A stretch of 32,616 nt of DNA from Desulfobacterales bacterium (GTDB taxonomy: Bacteria; Desulfobacterota; Desulfobacteria; Desulfobacterales; JAFDCJ01): NCBI GenBank assembly GCA_050114455.1, contig JASFSK010000001.1, forward strand, positions 1-32,616, read 5' to 3'. The position numbers were made by a program, and so were the translations under genes. The first letter of the stretch is position 1. Every line of letters begins with the position of its first letter. The notes beneath the pieces are model-generated. The model saw nothing but the letters and a program-made list of their open reading frames with translations. It was not told the DNA's origin and searched no databases. Positions 9,300-17,431 of this stretch are shown here, piece by piece.

Positions 9300-10973
9300 A
9301 TGAACTCGGAAAGTGGGCCGATGAGCTTGCAAAAATTACCGAAAACTTGGGAATTGATTATCATCGGCGGCGGCATTACCGGGGCCGGTATCTTCCGGGA
9401 AGCATCCCGCATGGGATTAAAGGTTTTGCTGGTCGAGCAAAAGGATTTTGCCTGGGGCACCTCCAGCCGGTCTTCAAAATTGGTTCACGGCGGTTTGCGC
9501 TATCTCAAAGAAGGCCATTTCAGGATGACCAAAGTTGCAGTGGCAGAACGCGAAAGACTGCTCAAAGAAGCCCCCGGCCTGGTCGAATCCCTGGGATTTT
9601 TATTGCCCATTTACGAGGATCAGAGCCCGGGCAAACGTACGATGCAGGTCGGGTTGTCGCTATACGACATTATGGCTCGGGAACGGCAACACCGGTATTT
9701 TGAGGCCGAGGCCTTCATTCAAAAGATCCCCCAGATCAACCCGGATGGGCTAAAAGGCGGATTTCATTTCCTGGATGCCCAGGTCGACGACTCCAGACTG
9801 GTTTTGCGCCTCATCAACGAGTCGGTGGCATCCGGCGGCTGTGCCCTGAATTACACGGCGGTGCATCGCATCGACCGGAACGATAAGGGCCAGGTTGCGG
9901 GCGTCCGTCTCGAAGACGTCGAAACCCGCGAGATCAGGAATATATTTTCATCCTTGGTGATCAACGCCACCGGGTCCTGGGCTGAAAAACTGCATCCGTT
10001 GCCGGAAGCCCGGCGGCATCTCAGACCTCTGCGCGGCAGTCATCTGGTTTTTCCGGCTGCCGCCATTCCCTTGACCCAGGGTTTCAGTTTTATGCACCCC
10101 TTGGATAACCGCGCGGTCTTCGTGATTCCCTGGGAAGGGGCCGTGCTGGTCGGCACCACCGATCTCGATCACCCCCAGGATCTTTCTGAAGAACCCCGGA
10201 TTACCGAAGCGGAAGTGACTTACCTGTTAGAAGGGGTTCGAACCATTTTCCCAACATTGAATATCTCATTGGCAGATTGCTTGTGCGCCTTTGCCGGCAT
10301 TCGGCCGGTTTTCAGCGAAGGCAAACTGAAGCCTTCCGAAGAATCCCGTGACCATGTCGTGTGGGTGGATCGCGGCCTGGTCACGGTTACCGGCGGAAAA
10401 CTGACGACCTTCCGCAGGCTGGCGCAGGATGCTCTTAAAGCCGCCAAAGCCTTTCTGCCTTCCGACAAGACAGTTGACCGCAAGGCACCGGTTTTCGACG
10501 AGGTGCCACACCCCCCTCTTCAGTTATGCGGATTGTCACCGCAAACCTGGCGTCGACTGTACGGCCGTTACGGCAGTGCGGCCGATTCCATCGTAAAGAA
10601 GGCCAACCCCCGCGATCTCAAGACCATTCCCGGTACCCACACGCTGTGGGCCGAATTGACCTATGCGGCCCAAAACGAACAAATCAGGCATCTGGGCGAT
10701 CTGCTGCTGCGGCGGGTTCGGATTGGGTTGTTGACACCGCAAGGCGGAAAGGCATATTTAAGACGCATTCAAAAGCTCTGCAGGAAAGTGCTGCCTTGGA
10801 ATCGACGGCGCTGGAAAAAAGAAATCAATTTATACCTTGCCCAATGGAATCATGCCCATGCACTGCCGGTCCAGCAAGCCATGGATCCGGCGCAACCAAA
10901 AATTTTATCTTTTAAAGCGCTTGGAGCGATTTTAAGATCCGTTTATCGTAAAAAGGTAATCGATGGACCATAA
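9300..10973 (+). CDS. glpD: FAD-dependent glycerol-3-phosphate dehydrogenase/oxidase family protein
   Basis: [59 protein letters not shown]. Start could alternatively be ATG 9321. Confidence 0.9.
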   Translation: MNSESGPMSLQKLPKTWELIIIGGGITGAGIFREASRMGLKVLLVEQKDFAWGTSSRSSKLVHGGLRYLKEGHFRMTKVAVAERERLLKEAPGLVESLGFLLPIYEDQSPGKRTMQVGLSLYDIMARERQHRYFEAEAFIQKIPQINPDGLKGGFHFLDAQVDDSRLVLRLINESVASGGCALNYTAVHRIDRNDKGQVAGVRLEDVETREIRNIFSSLVINATGSWAEKLHPLPEARRHLRPLRGSHLVFPAAAIPLTQGFSFMHPLDNRAVFVIPWEGAVLVGTTDLDHPQDLSEEPRITEAEVTYLLEGVRTIFPTLNISLADCLCAFAGIRPVFSEGKLKPSEESRDHVVWVDRGLVTVTGGKLTTFRRLAQDALKAAKAFLPSDKTVDRKAPVFDEVPHPPLQLCGLSPQTWRRLYGRYGSAADSIVKKANPRDLKTIPGTHTLWAELTYAAQNEQIRHLGDLLLRRVRIGLLTPQGGKAYLRRIQKLCRKVLPWNRRRWKKEINLYLAQWNHAHALPVQQAMDPAQPKILSFKALGAILRSVYRKKVIDGP

Positions 10974-12525
10974 AGACCTCCTGTTGGCCATTGACAACGG
11001 TACCCAGAGCCTGAAAGCCCTGATTTTCGACCTTGAGGGCCAACTACTGGCCAAAAAGCGCGTGCCGTTTACGCCTTATTTTTCAAAGCAGCCTTCCTGG
11101 GCCGAACAGGACGCGGATGTCTTCTGGCAGGCCCTTTGCCGGGCCTGTCAGGGGCTCTGGCACCAGCATCAGCACTACCGGGAGCGCATTGCTGGCGTTG
11201 CAGTTACCACCCAACGGGGTACCGTGGTCAACGTGGATGAAAACGGCAAGCCTCTCAGGCCGGCGATGCTCTGGTTGGATCAGCGCAAAACCCATGGGTT
11301 ACCCCCGGTGACCGGCCTGTGGGGCGGCATTTTCGGTATTGCCGGCTTACGCCCAACTGTGGCCTATCTCCAAACCGAAGCCGAAGCGAACTGGATCAGC
11401 ACCTATCAACCGGATGTTTGGAAAAAGACCCATAAATATCTGCTGCTTTCCGGCTATCTGACCTATAAGCTGGTCGGAAAATTCGTCGATTCGGTCGGCT
11501 GTCAGGTCGGCTATATCCCATTTGACTACAAGCGACTGCGGTGGTCCGCCTGGTGGGACTGGAAACGGAAAGTGCTGGCCTGTATCGATCCTTCGATTTT
11601 GCCGGAGCTGGTGCCTCCCGGCCGGATTCTCGGAACCATCAGCAGTCAGGCCGCGAAGGCGTCCGGAATTCCGACAGGGCTGCCCCTGGTGGCGGCCGGA
11701 GCAGACAAGGCCTGTGAAGTCATCGGCTCCGGCGGTCTCGATTCCAATATCGGCTGCCTGAGTTACGGCACCACCGCCACGATCAACGTTACCCATAAAA
11801 AGTATGTCGAACCCATCCCACTGATTCCGCCCTATCCGGCGGCCGTCCCTGGTTATCATACCGTCGAAGTCCAGGTATTTCGCGGATACTGGATGGTCAA
11901 CTGGTTCAAGGAGGAATTTGGCCATCCGGAAAAGCGGCAGGCCGCCGAAATGGGACTCACCCCGGAAGAACTTTTCGATAATCTTGTCGATGAGATCCCC
12001 CCGGGCTCCATGGGATTGATGCTACAGCCCTATTGGACACCGGGAGTGAAAACACCCGGCCCCGAGGCCAAGGGTGCCATTGTCGGTTTTGGGGATGTGC
12101 ACACCCGCGCCCATCTCTACCGTTCGATTCTGGAAGGTCTGGCATATGCCCTCAAAGAAGGTAAAGAACGCATTGAAAAGCGCAGCCGCACACCGATTAC
12201 AAGCCTGCGGGTGTCGGGCGGCGGGAGTCAAAGCCGCAACGCCATGCAATTGACGGCAGACATATTCGGCCTGCCGACCGCTAGGCCCCATCTTTACGAA
12301 ACCTCGGGACTTGGTGCGGCAATTGATGTGGCCGTCGGGGTGTCGCTACACCCGGATTTTAAAACCGCAGTCAGCGCCATGACCCATGTGGGTGAGGTTT
12401 ACGAGCCTGACCCGCGTAATCACCGGCTCTATACGGCACTTTATCGGGATGTCTACAAGAAAATGTACCGGCGTTTGAAGCCGTTATACAAGCGTATCAG
12501 GGAGATTACGGGGTATCCAAAATAA
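10963..12525 (+). CDS. FGGY-family carbohydrate kinase
   Basis: [40 protein letters not shown] motifs; overlaps the glpD-like stop. Confidence 0.93.
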   Translation: MDHKDLLLAIDNGTQSLKALIFDLEGQLLAKKRVPFTPYFSKQPSWAEQDADVFWQALCRACQGLWHQHQHYRERIAGVAVTTQRGTVVNVDENGKPLRPAMLWLDQRKTHGLPPVTGLWGGIFGIAGLRPTVAYLQTEAEANWISTYQPDVWKKTHKYLLLSGYLTYKLVGKFVDSVGCQVGYIPFDYKRLRWSAWWDWKRKVLACIDPSILPELVPPGRILGTISSQAAKASGIPTGLPLVAAGADKACEVIGSGGLDSNIGCLSYGTTATINVTHKKYVEPIPLIPPYPAAVPGYHTVEVQVFRGYWMVNWFKEEFGHPEKRQAAEMGLTPEELFDNLVDEIPPGSMGLMLQPYWTPGVKTPGPEAKGAIVGFGDVHTRAHLYRSILEGLAYALKEGKERIEKRSRTPITSLRVSGGGSQSRNAMQLTADIFGLPTARPHLYETSGLGAAIDVAVGVSLHPDFKTAVSAMTHVGEVYEPDPRNHRLYTALYRDVYKKMYRRLKPLYKRIREITGYPK

Positions 12526-12527
12526 AA

Positions 12528-12659
12528 TTGTTTTTGTTTGGCGAGAAGTATATTGAAGCCCTTAAAGATCTATCGATTTCGGAAAACTCGAAGGTCATCG
12601 TTCTACCGGGGGACATTTCGGCCGCTGTGCGGGGGATTATCAGCGCTGTCGGCAAGTAG
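12528..12659 (+). pseudogene. C-terminal remnant of an SPFH/band-7 (QmcA/stomatin-like) gene
   Basis: Manual translation LFLFGEKYIEALKDLSISENSKVIVLPGDISAAVRGIISAVGK*, resembling the Band_7 C-terminal xEKYxEAxxxLxxSxNxKxxxLP motif; the rest of the gene is absent. Confidence 0.65.
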
Positions 12660-12698
12660 AAATAAAAGTTCACCGCGGAGACACAGTCTCTGGCTATA

Positions 12699-12729
12699 GC
12701 CCATAGCGCCTACGCGTCGGAGGGAGGGC
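12699..12729 (-). repeat. 31-bp dispersed repeat (copy 1)
   Basis: Reverse complement GCCCTCCCTCCG-acgcgtaggcg-CTATGGGC matches 31506-31536 in both flanks. Confidence 0.65.
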
Positions 12730-12899
12730 GCTGAGCTGTGATTTGTTTTTACAATAATATTGGGCGCTGAAGGAATTCTATTTGTGATTTTTTATCGGAC
12801 AGGATATTTTTTTATCTATTGTGGTATATTCTGAGGGCATCGTTGAGCGAGTCAATAATAATGTTATTAAAGCACTAAATACAGGTTAACAAATAAAAT

Positions 12900-13670
12900 A
12901 TGAAATACAGAATGTACGTTGATGAGGTTGGAAATTCCGATTTAAAAAGCTCAGATAATCCACTTCATCGGTTTCTTAGCCTTACTGGGGTAGTCGTCGA
13001 ATTGGGATACGTTAGTGAGAAGCTGTTTCCTAATATCGAAAAGCTAAAATTTGATTATTTCAAATCTCATCCCGACGACCCCATTATTCTTCACCGAAAA
13101 GAACTGGTCAATGCAAAATATCCATTTATAGCTTTGAAAGATGAAAAGGTAAAACGTAAATTCGATAAGGAACTGTTAGCTTTTCTGAACGAATGGGAAT
13201 ATTCCGTAATTACTGTTTGTCTTGATAAAAAGGCGCATAAAGACACCTACAATGTATGGCGTTATGATCCATATCATTATTGCCTGGCAATGTTGCTTGA
13301 GCGATACACGTTCTTCCTTGAACAAAAACAAATACCGGGCGAAGTAATGGCTGAATCAAGGGGCGGAAAGGAGGATAGACGCCTGAAAGCATCTTTCGCG
13401 AAATTATGGCAAGAAGGAACACAATTTATATCACCGGAAAGGTTCCACGAAGTATTCACTAGTAAACAATTGAAAGTAAAGCCGAAATCAAATAATATAT
13501 CCGGTCTCCAGTTGGCTGATATAATAGCCCATCCAAGCAGGAATGAAATTCTATCTGAAAACAAACTACTGGATCGACCATTAGCACCTTTCGCGAAAAA
13601 GATCATCGACATATTACAGTCGAAATATTATCAGCATCAGGGAAAAGTTTTTGGTAAAAAATTCATTTAG
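12900..13670 (+). CDS. DUF3800 domain-containing protein (putative RNase H-like fold nuclease)
   Basis: N-terminal YVDEVG (DE motif), LHRKEL, central AESRG, C-terminal LQLADIIA (QxxD), the hallmark motifs of DUF3800; 256 aa; AT-rich codon usage. Confidence 0.85.
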   Translation: MKYRMYVDEVGNSDLKSSDNPLHRFLSLTGVVVELGYVSEKLFPNIEKLKFDYFKSHPDDPIILHRKELVNAKYPFIALKDEKVKRKFDKELLAFLNEWEYSVITVCLDKKAHKDTYNVWRYDPYHYCLAMLLERYTFFLEQKQIPGEVMAESRGGKEDRRLKASFAKLWQEGTQFISPERFHEVFTSKQLKVKPKSNNISGLQLADIIAHPSRNEILSENKLLDRPLAPFAKKIIDILQSKYYQHQGKVFGKKFI

Positions 13671-13674
13671 GCAT

Positions 13675-13695
13675 AAAAAAAGGGCCTTTCGGCCC
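13675..13695 (-). terminator. Rho-independent terminator (minus strand)
   Basis: GGGCC-GAAA-GGCCC followed by U7 on the minus strand; no U-tract after the hairpin on the plus strand. Confidence 0.8.
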
Positions 13696-13734
13696 CGATG
13701 GTAAGATACCATCCACCTCCACAACCGTGGATTA
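13675..13734 (-). ncRNA. Candidate ~60-nt structured ncRNA convergent with the DUF3800 gene
   Basis: Minus strand AAUCCAC-GGUU-GUGGA-GGUG-GAUGGUA-UCU-UACCAUC-G-GGGCC-GAAA-GGCCC-UUUUUUU: three consecutive hairpins, own promoter upstream, no minus-strand CDS to account for the terminator. The 5' end is estimated from the promoter position. Confidence 0.7.
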
Positions 13735-13739
13735 GCCAT

Positions 13740-13768
13740 ATATTATGGTAAAAATTCATTGATGTCAA
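13740..13768 (-). promoter_or_regulatory. Sigma70-type promoter for the candidate ncRNA
   Basis: Perfect TTGACA (13768-13763), 17-bp spacer, TAATAT (13745-13740); AT-rich UP-like tract further upstream. Confidence 0.7.
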
Positions 13769-13883
13769 GAGTTTTCAAAAATTTATTTGTGTTGTTAAAT
13801 AAACAAAATAGTGTGAAAGTGTATGATTTCATTGTCTGTCTGGTTTCATAGAATTTTTATACGTAATAGGAGTCATCATCCCA

Positions 13884-14564
13884 ATGAGCAAGAAAAAGAA
13901 AGATAAAACCCTCGAGGAATATCTAAAATTGCAAAATAAAATCAAGATGGAAAAGGTAGATGAAGTTTTCCGTACCCAGCCGGATAACTATATTTCCGCA
14001 TTGGAAGAACTCGGATTCACATATTACGATGATGATGATGATTATGAAGAAATTGAAGAGGCTGAAGCCCAGCCGGAAAACCAGAATCAAAATGATCTTG
14101 TTGCCTATTTTGACGGTGAAAAAGAATTTTCCGACCGAATCTTAAAAATATACTTTGAAGAGCAGGAGGTGCAAAACCCCAACCTGCCCTTGGTTCGCAA
14201 ATATTTTAAAGCCGCCAATCAAAATCTAAAATCACTTATTTTGTATGGTCTTGATCATTATCCCGGCAGGCTCGAACTTTTATCCGATTTGGGCTATTTT
14301 CATGAATTTGAAAACATGCTCAGCACGGTTATTACTTATTATACCCGAGCTTGTGTGGACCAGGAAAATCTGGAAACCTTCGCTGAAATAGCCCGGGAAT
14401 TTTATTATGCAACCCTTCCTGACGGCTATGAGGCGCTTTACGCGCTCAGGGATTTGTTCGAACCTGGGACGGATAAAAGGGAGATTATCGATATTTTAAT
14501 TGCCGAGCAAGAGGAGGGGGAGACCGGTATCAGATCTATTGATCAGGGATCCAACCTGCACTGA
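13884..14564 (+). CDS. Hypothetical acidic protein
   Basis: 226-aa ORF with AGGAG RBS, basic N-terminus and YYDDDDDYEEIEE acidic tract; no family recognised. Confidence 0.75.
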   Translation: MSKKKKDKTLEEYLKLQNKIKMEKVDEVFRTQPDNYISALEELGFTYYDDDDDYEEIEEAEAQPENQNQNDLVAYFDGEKEFSDRILKIYFEEQEVQNPNLPLVRKYFKAANQNLKSLILYGLDHYPGRLELLSDLGYFHEFENMLSTVITYYTRACVDQENLETFAEIAREFYYATLPDGYEALYALRDLFEPGTDKREIIDILIAEQEEGETGIRSIDQGSNLH

Positions 14565-14594
14565 TGTCATTTTTCGATCGTCTTCCGCTCATTT

Positions 14595-14621
14595 GTCATT
14601 GCCGCGAAGGCGGCAATCCAG
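14595..14621. repeat. GTCATT-CCCGC-type (dRS3-like) palindrome, variant
   Basis: GTC-ATTGCCGC-GAAG-GCGGCAAT-CCAG perfect 8-bp stem. Confidence 0.6.
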
Positions 14622-14656
14622 TTATACCGAGGAAGATAGGGGTCAAGAAATAAGAG

Positions 14657-14724
14657 GTTGAAGCTTGAATCGTAACCATGGCAGTCAGGTTGCGGACTAA
14701 ATTCACTGTTCAAGCTTTGATCCC
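14657..14724. repeat. REPIN/MITE-like element related to the RAYT ends
   Basis: 14702-14724 is the exact reverse complement of 15950-15972 (23 bp); degenerate partner AAGCTTGAA at 14661-14669; internal hairpin CGTAACC/GGTTGCG. Confidence 0.7.
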
Positions 14725-14734
14725 TAAATGGTTT

Positions 14735-14792
14735 CACTAGCGAGCCCATCACCATCGGCTGTATGCCGTTTTGTGGATTGGCTGGGTTAGGT
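14735..14792 (-). other. Degenerate integron attC-like site downstream of the methyltransferase
   Basis: Minus strand ACCTAAC (RYYYAAC) ccAGCCAATCCAC aaaaCGGC ataca GCCG atgGTGATGGGCT c GCTAGTG (degenerate GTTRRRY); 58 bp imperfect palindrome with an extrahelical base. Confidence 0.5.
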
Positions 14793-14820
14793 GCATACCA
14801 ACTCATTTTGACAAAATGAT

Positions 14821-15594
14821 TTATATTTTTTTACCAATATAGAAAACATAGCCATAATACGCTTTGTACTTATAATACAACTGAGTTTCATGCCGTTGGT
14901 TCGCGATAAATTCTAGGGCAGATTTATTGCCTGCATTTTTCTCCAAGTAGACTTTCTGCACATTTACTTGGGGAGCATAGAAATTTTCTGTCCAGCAGTT
15001 TTCGGGCAAAATAAAGGTTGCAACCGGAATATAACCGGCTTTTTGCACTTGCGCTACTTTATTGGGGATCGTGTCTATCTCCGGGTAAGCATCCATCCAA
15101 AACTCATCGATCTCGGCAGGGCGTTCTTCAGAAAACCACGATATTTCCGAAACGGCAACATAACCTCCAGTCTTTAGGAATTTCCGCCATTCATTAAGCC
15201 CCCGTTCAAAGCCAATATTGTAGATTGCTCCTTCTGACCACATCAGATCCAATTCTTCATCCCGGAAAGGAAGATTATCCATCGAGCCAACAATACCTTT
15301 TACTCTATCCTGAAGATTCAGTTTTTCAACATTCCGGTCGAACAGGTCGATGAAAATAGGAAAAAGGTCGATACCTATAATACTTCCCGGTGCATGCTGC
15401 GCCAATACCATTGTCTGTCCACCTGATCCGGAGCCAATGTCAGCGATAAGTGATTTATCGTTAAGATTATCTATAAAATTCGATGCTTTTATCGTTACTT
15501 CAGGGCTGCCTGGCCCCTGTCGTTCCAGGTTTGAGAAATATTCGCAGATTAATTCAAAATCAAATTCATGGATTGATTTATTCTCATCGTTCAT
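14821..15594 (-). CDS. Class I SAM-dependent methyltransferase
   Basis: [19 protein letters not shown] (motif I), [19 protein letters not shown]. Confidence 0.92.
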   Translation of the reverse strand: MNDENKSIHEFDFELICEYFSNLERQGPGSPEVTIKASNFIDNLNDKSLIADIGSGSGGQTMVLAQHAPGSIIGIDLFPIFIDLFDRNVEKLNLQDRVKGIVGSMDNLPFRDEELDLMWSEGAIYNIGFERGLNEWRKFLKTGGYVAVSEISWFSEERPAEIDEFWMDAYPEIDTIPNKVAQVQKAGYIPVATFILPENCWTENFYAPQVNVQKVYLEKNAGNKSALEFIANQRHETQLYYKYKAYYGYVFYIGKKI

Positions 15595-15949
15595 AATTCT
15601 TCCTTATAATTCATATTTTCACCGACACTCTTTCTGCAGTGTGAAGGGGTCAATATCGCTCTGTAATCTGTTCGCTGTGTATTTTGGTCCCCCATTGTCT
15701 ATTTCTATATTCGTGTCTTTTTATCATGGCCTGATTTATTTGTACAAATAGAATTTTGATCATTACATTGAGAAACAAATTTATCCACCCACCAAAACAA
15801 TCGTCAGATTAAAAAGGGCTATGGATTTCTCACCCTTCGCAACTCATGGATTCTGTTTCTGTTAAGTTTTATTTTTCTAAGTTGTTCTCTTTACATGCTC
15901 TTCTTATTGTAATCAGCGATTCAACCATTTTCGGGTTTTACAAAACTTT

Positions 15950-16269
15950 GGGATCAAAGCTTGAACAGTGAAACATGGTTGACAAAAAGCCTTATGGTTA
16001 GTAGGGAAACATCTATGAGCAGACCATGGCGGATTGAATATGAAGGGGCATTGTACCACCTGTTTTCGCGTGGCAACGATCGCAACGATATATTTGCGGA
16101 CAACGAGGATCGCAGCAGCTTCTTAACTGCAGTTGTTGAAATGTCTGAGCGGTTCGCCATCGACGTATTTTCATATGGTTTGATGGACAATCATTTTATA
16201 TTCACCGCAATCCACTGAGAGCCGGTATCGTCAAACGGCTATCCGGATTCAGGGTTCAAGCTTTAATCC
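15950..16269 (+). mobile_element. Internally deleted RAYT (Y1 HUH transposase) element bounded by inverted repeats
   Basis: Left GGGATCAAAGCTTGAAC (from 15950), right GTTCAAGCTTTAATCC (16254-16269); contains transposase remnant. Confidence 0.7.
16015..16250 (+). pseudogene. REP-associated tyrosine transposase (RAYT/Y1_Tnp) remnant
   Basis: MSRPWRIEYEGALYHLFSRGNDRNDIF...YGLMDNHF joined by frameshift at ~16197 to YIHRNPLRAGIVKRL (catalytic Tyr motif); the middle of the gene, including the second HUH His, is missing. Confidence 0.85.
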
Positions 16270-16473
16270 ATTGATTTCGCAGACCGGTCTTCGTCCAAAA
16301 AGAAAGCGACTACGCCCGGCAAGTTTACACAGATTACAATGAATGCCGGGCGGAGACTGCTAGTCCTGTCGAGTTTAATCCCCTGCAGCTTGCCGCGGGG
16401 CAGTTCATACCATTACTATCTTCAGGAATTATAAATACACCACTCGTAAAAAAACATCACCGGAAGAGATTAA

Positions 16474-16587
16474 AAACTCGATCAGTTTGGCATTGAGTAA
16501 GGGATGAATGTTGTAGATTTTGGGTGCGGGCCTGGAAGTTATATTGAACCCGCATCTCTTTTAGCCGGTGAAAATCGAAAAGTCTAC
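16474..16587 (+). pseudogene. Fragment of a class I SAM methyltransferase
   Basis: Manual translation KLDQFGIE*GMNVVDFGCGPGSYIEPASLLAGENRKVY with motif I DFGCGPG and an in-frame TAA at 16498-16500. Confidence 0.7.
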
Positions 16588-16745
16588 CGGAAGGTGATGA
16601 TTTTGACGAAAGAATTCGAGATGCGATTCGCAGCAGCGATTTGACAGTCTTCTGCATTACGCCAAATTCAACTGATAAGGAAAGCTACACGTTGACCAAA
16701 TTGAAGTTTGCCGATTCGGATGGCATTTATGACATGCACACTTAA
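16575..16745 (+). pseudogene. Fragment of a TIR (TIR_2-like) domain gene
   Basis: Manual translation SKSLPEGDDFDERIRDAIRSSDLTVFCITPNSTDKESYTLTKLKFA..., matching the bacterial TIR core pattern (LxxGxxFxxxIxxAIxxSxxxVxxIxPxS...SYxxxEL). Confidence 0.65.
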
Positions 16746-16775
16746 AGAGACTTCTAAAGATAATTCAGGACAGCA

Positions 16776-17405
16776 GTGATGCCGAATATATGCCTCATCG
16801 CAGCAATGCGGGCCGAAATTCCGTATATGTTAAAGAATGCATCCGGCACTTATCGAATTGGAGATAATGCCATCAGATTTGTTGTATCTGGAATCGGGCC
16901 TCGAAAGGCCCGCAGAGCAACGCAGCAGGTGTGCAATGGCGCTTTGGGATTTCTTCCCGACTTGCTGATTAATTCAGGTTTTTGCGGTGCAGCCCAAAAT
17001 GGGCTGGGCATCGGGCAGCTGATCGTTGCGGATCGTTTGACCTACGGTGACCGGGAAATTCAGTTGGACGATAACCTTATTGAAAACATTGTTGGTATTT
17101 TAATAGAAGCAGAATTCCATGTCGGAAAACTCCAAACTTTTAATTGGCCGGTTCTATCCAGGGCCCGAGCGGCCCCAGATACGCTAGCCGTCGATATGGA
17201 ATCATTTGCCATCGCCCATATGGCTGCGAAGTACCGTATACCGGCCGTATTTATCAAGGCGGTCAGCGATATCGTCCCTGAGCGGACCAGCATGATCGGT
17301 TTGTTAAATTTTGTGCGAAGTTGTAAAGTTGGTTCGAAAAAGGCGAGAACGAGCCTAAATATCAATGTTAACAAAATATGTGCCGATCAAGGTCTGGGAA
17401 AATAA
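16776..17405 (+). CDS. Nucleoside phosphorylase/MTA-SAH nucleosidase superfamily protein (PNP_UDP_1)
   Basis: LIAAMRAEI, SGIGP, INSGFCGA, AVDMES, IKAVSD motifs. Confidence 0.82.
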   Translation: MMPNICLIAAMRAEIPYMLKNASGTYRIGDNAIRFVVSGIGPRKARRATQQVCNGALGFLPDLLINSGFCGAAQNGLGIGQLIVADRLTYGDREIQLDDNLIENIVGILIEAEFHVGKLQTFNWPVLSRARAAPDTLAVDMESFAIAHMAAKYRIPAVFIKAVSDIVPERTSMIGLLNFVRSCKVGSKKARTSLNINVNKICADQGLGK

Positions 17406-17431
17406 ATGATGATTAGATTTCAGGGGGTAAA

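Noticed and set aside
8945-9460. 171-aa minus-strand ORF containing SVFCHLPSVFSPLSSV repeats
   Set aside because: It is the translation of the heptamer repeat plus the antisense of two real genes.
13614-13712. Small antisense ORF starting at the ATG after GGAGG within the candidate ncRNA
   Set aside because: The ATG is buried in a stem and the frame runs through the intrinsic terminator after a few codons, so a full mRNA is unlikely.
14567-14806. 79-aa minus-strand ORF
   Set aside because: Composed of the attC-like site, REPIN-like element and dRS3-like palindrome; no protein features.
16380-16400. CCCCTGCAGCTTGCCGCGGGG palindrome as an IS200/IS605-type end
   Set aside because: Imperfect single copy with no associated tnpA/tnpB; cannot be supported beyond a generic palindrome.
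16498-16500. In-frame stop in the methyltransferase fragment as recoding (Sec/Pyl)
   Set aside because: The codon is TAA and the fragment is truncated on both sides; simple decay explains it.
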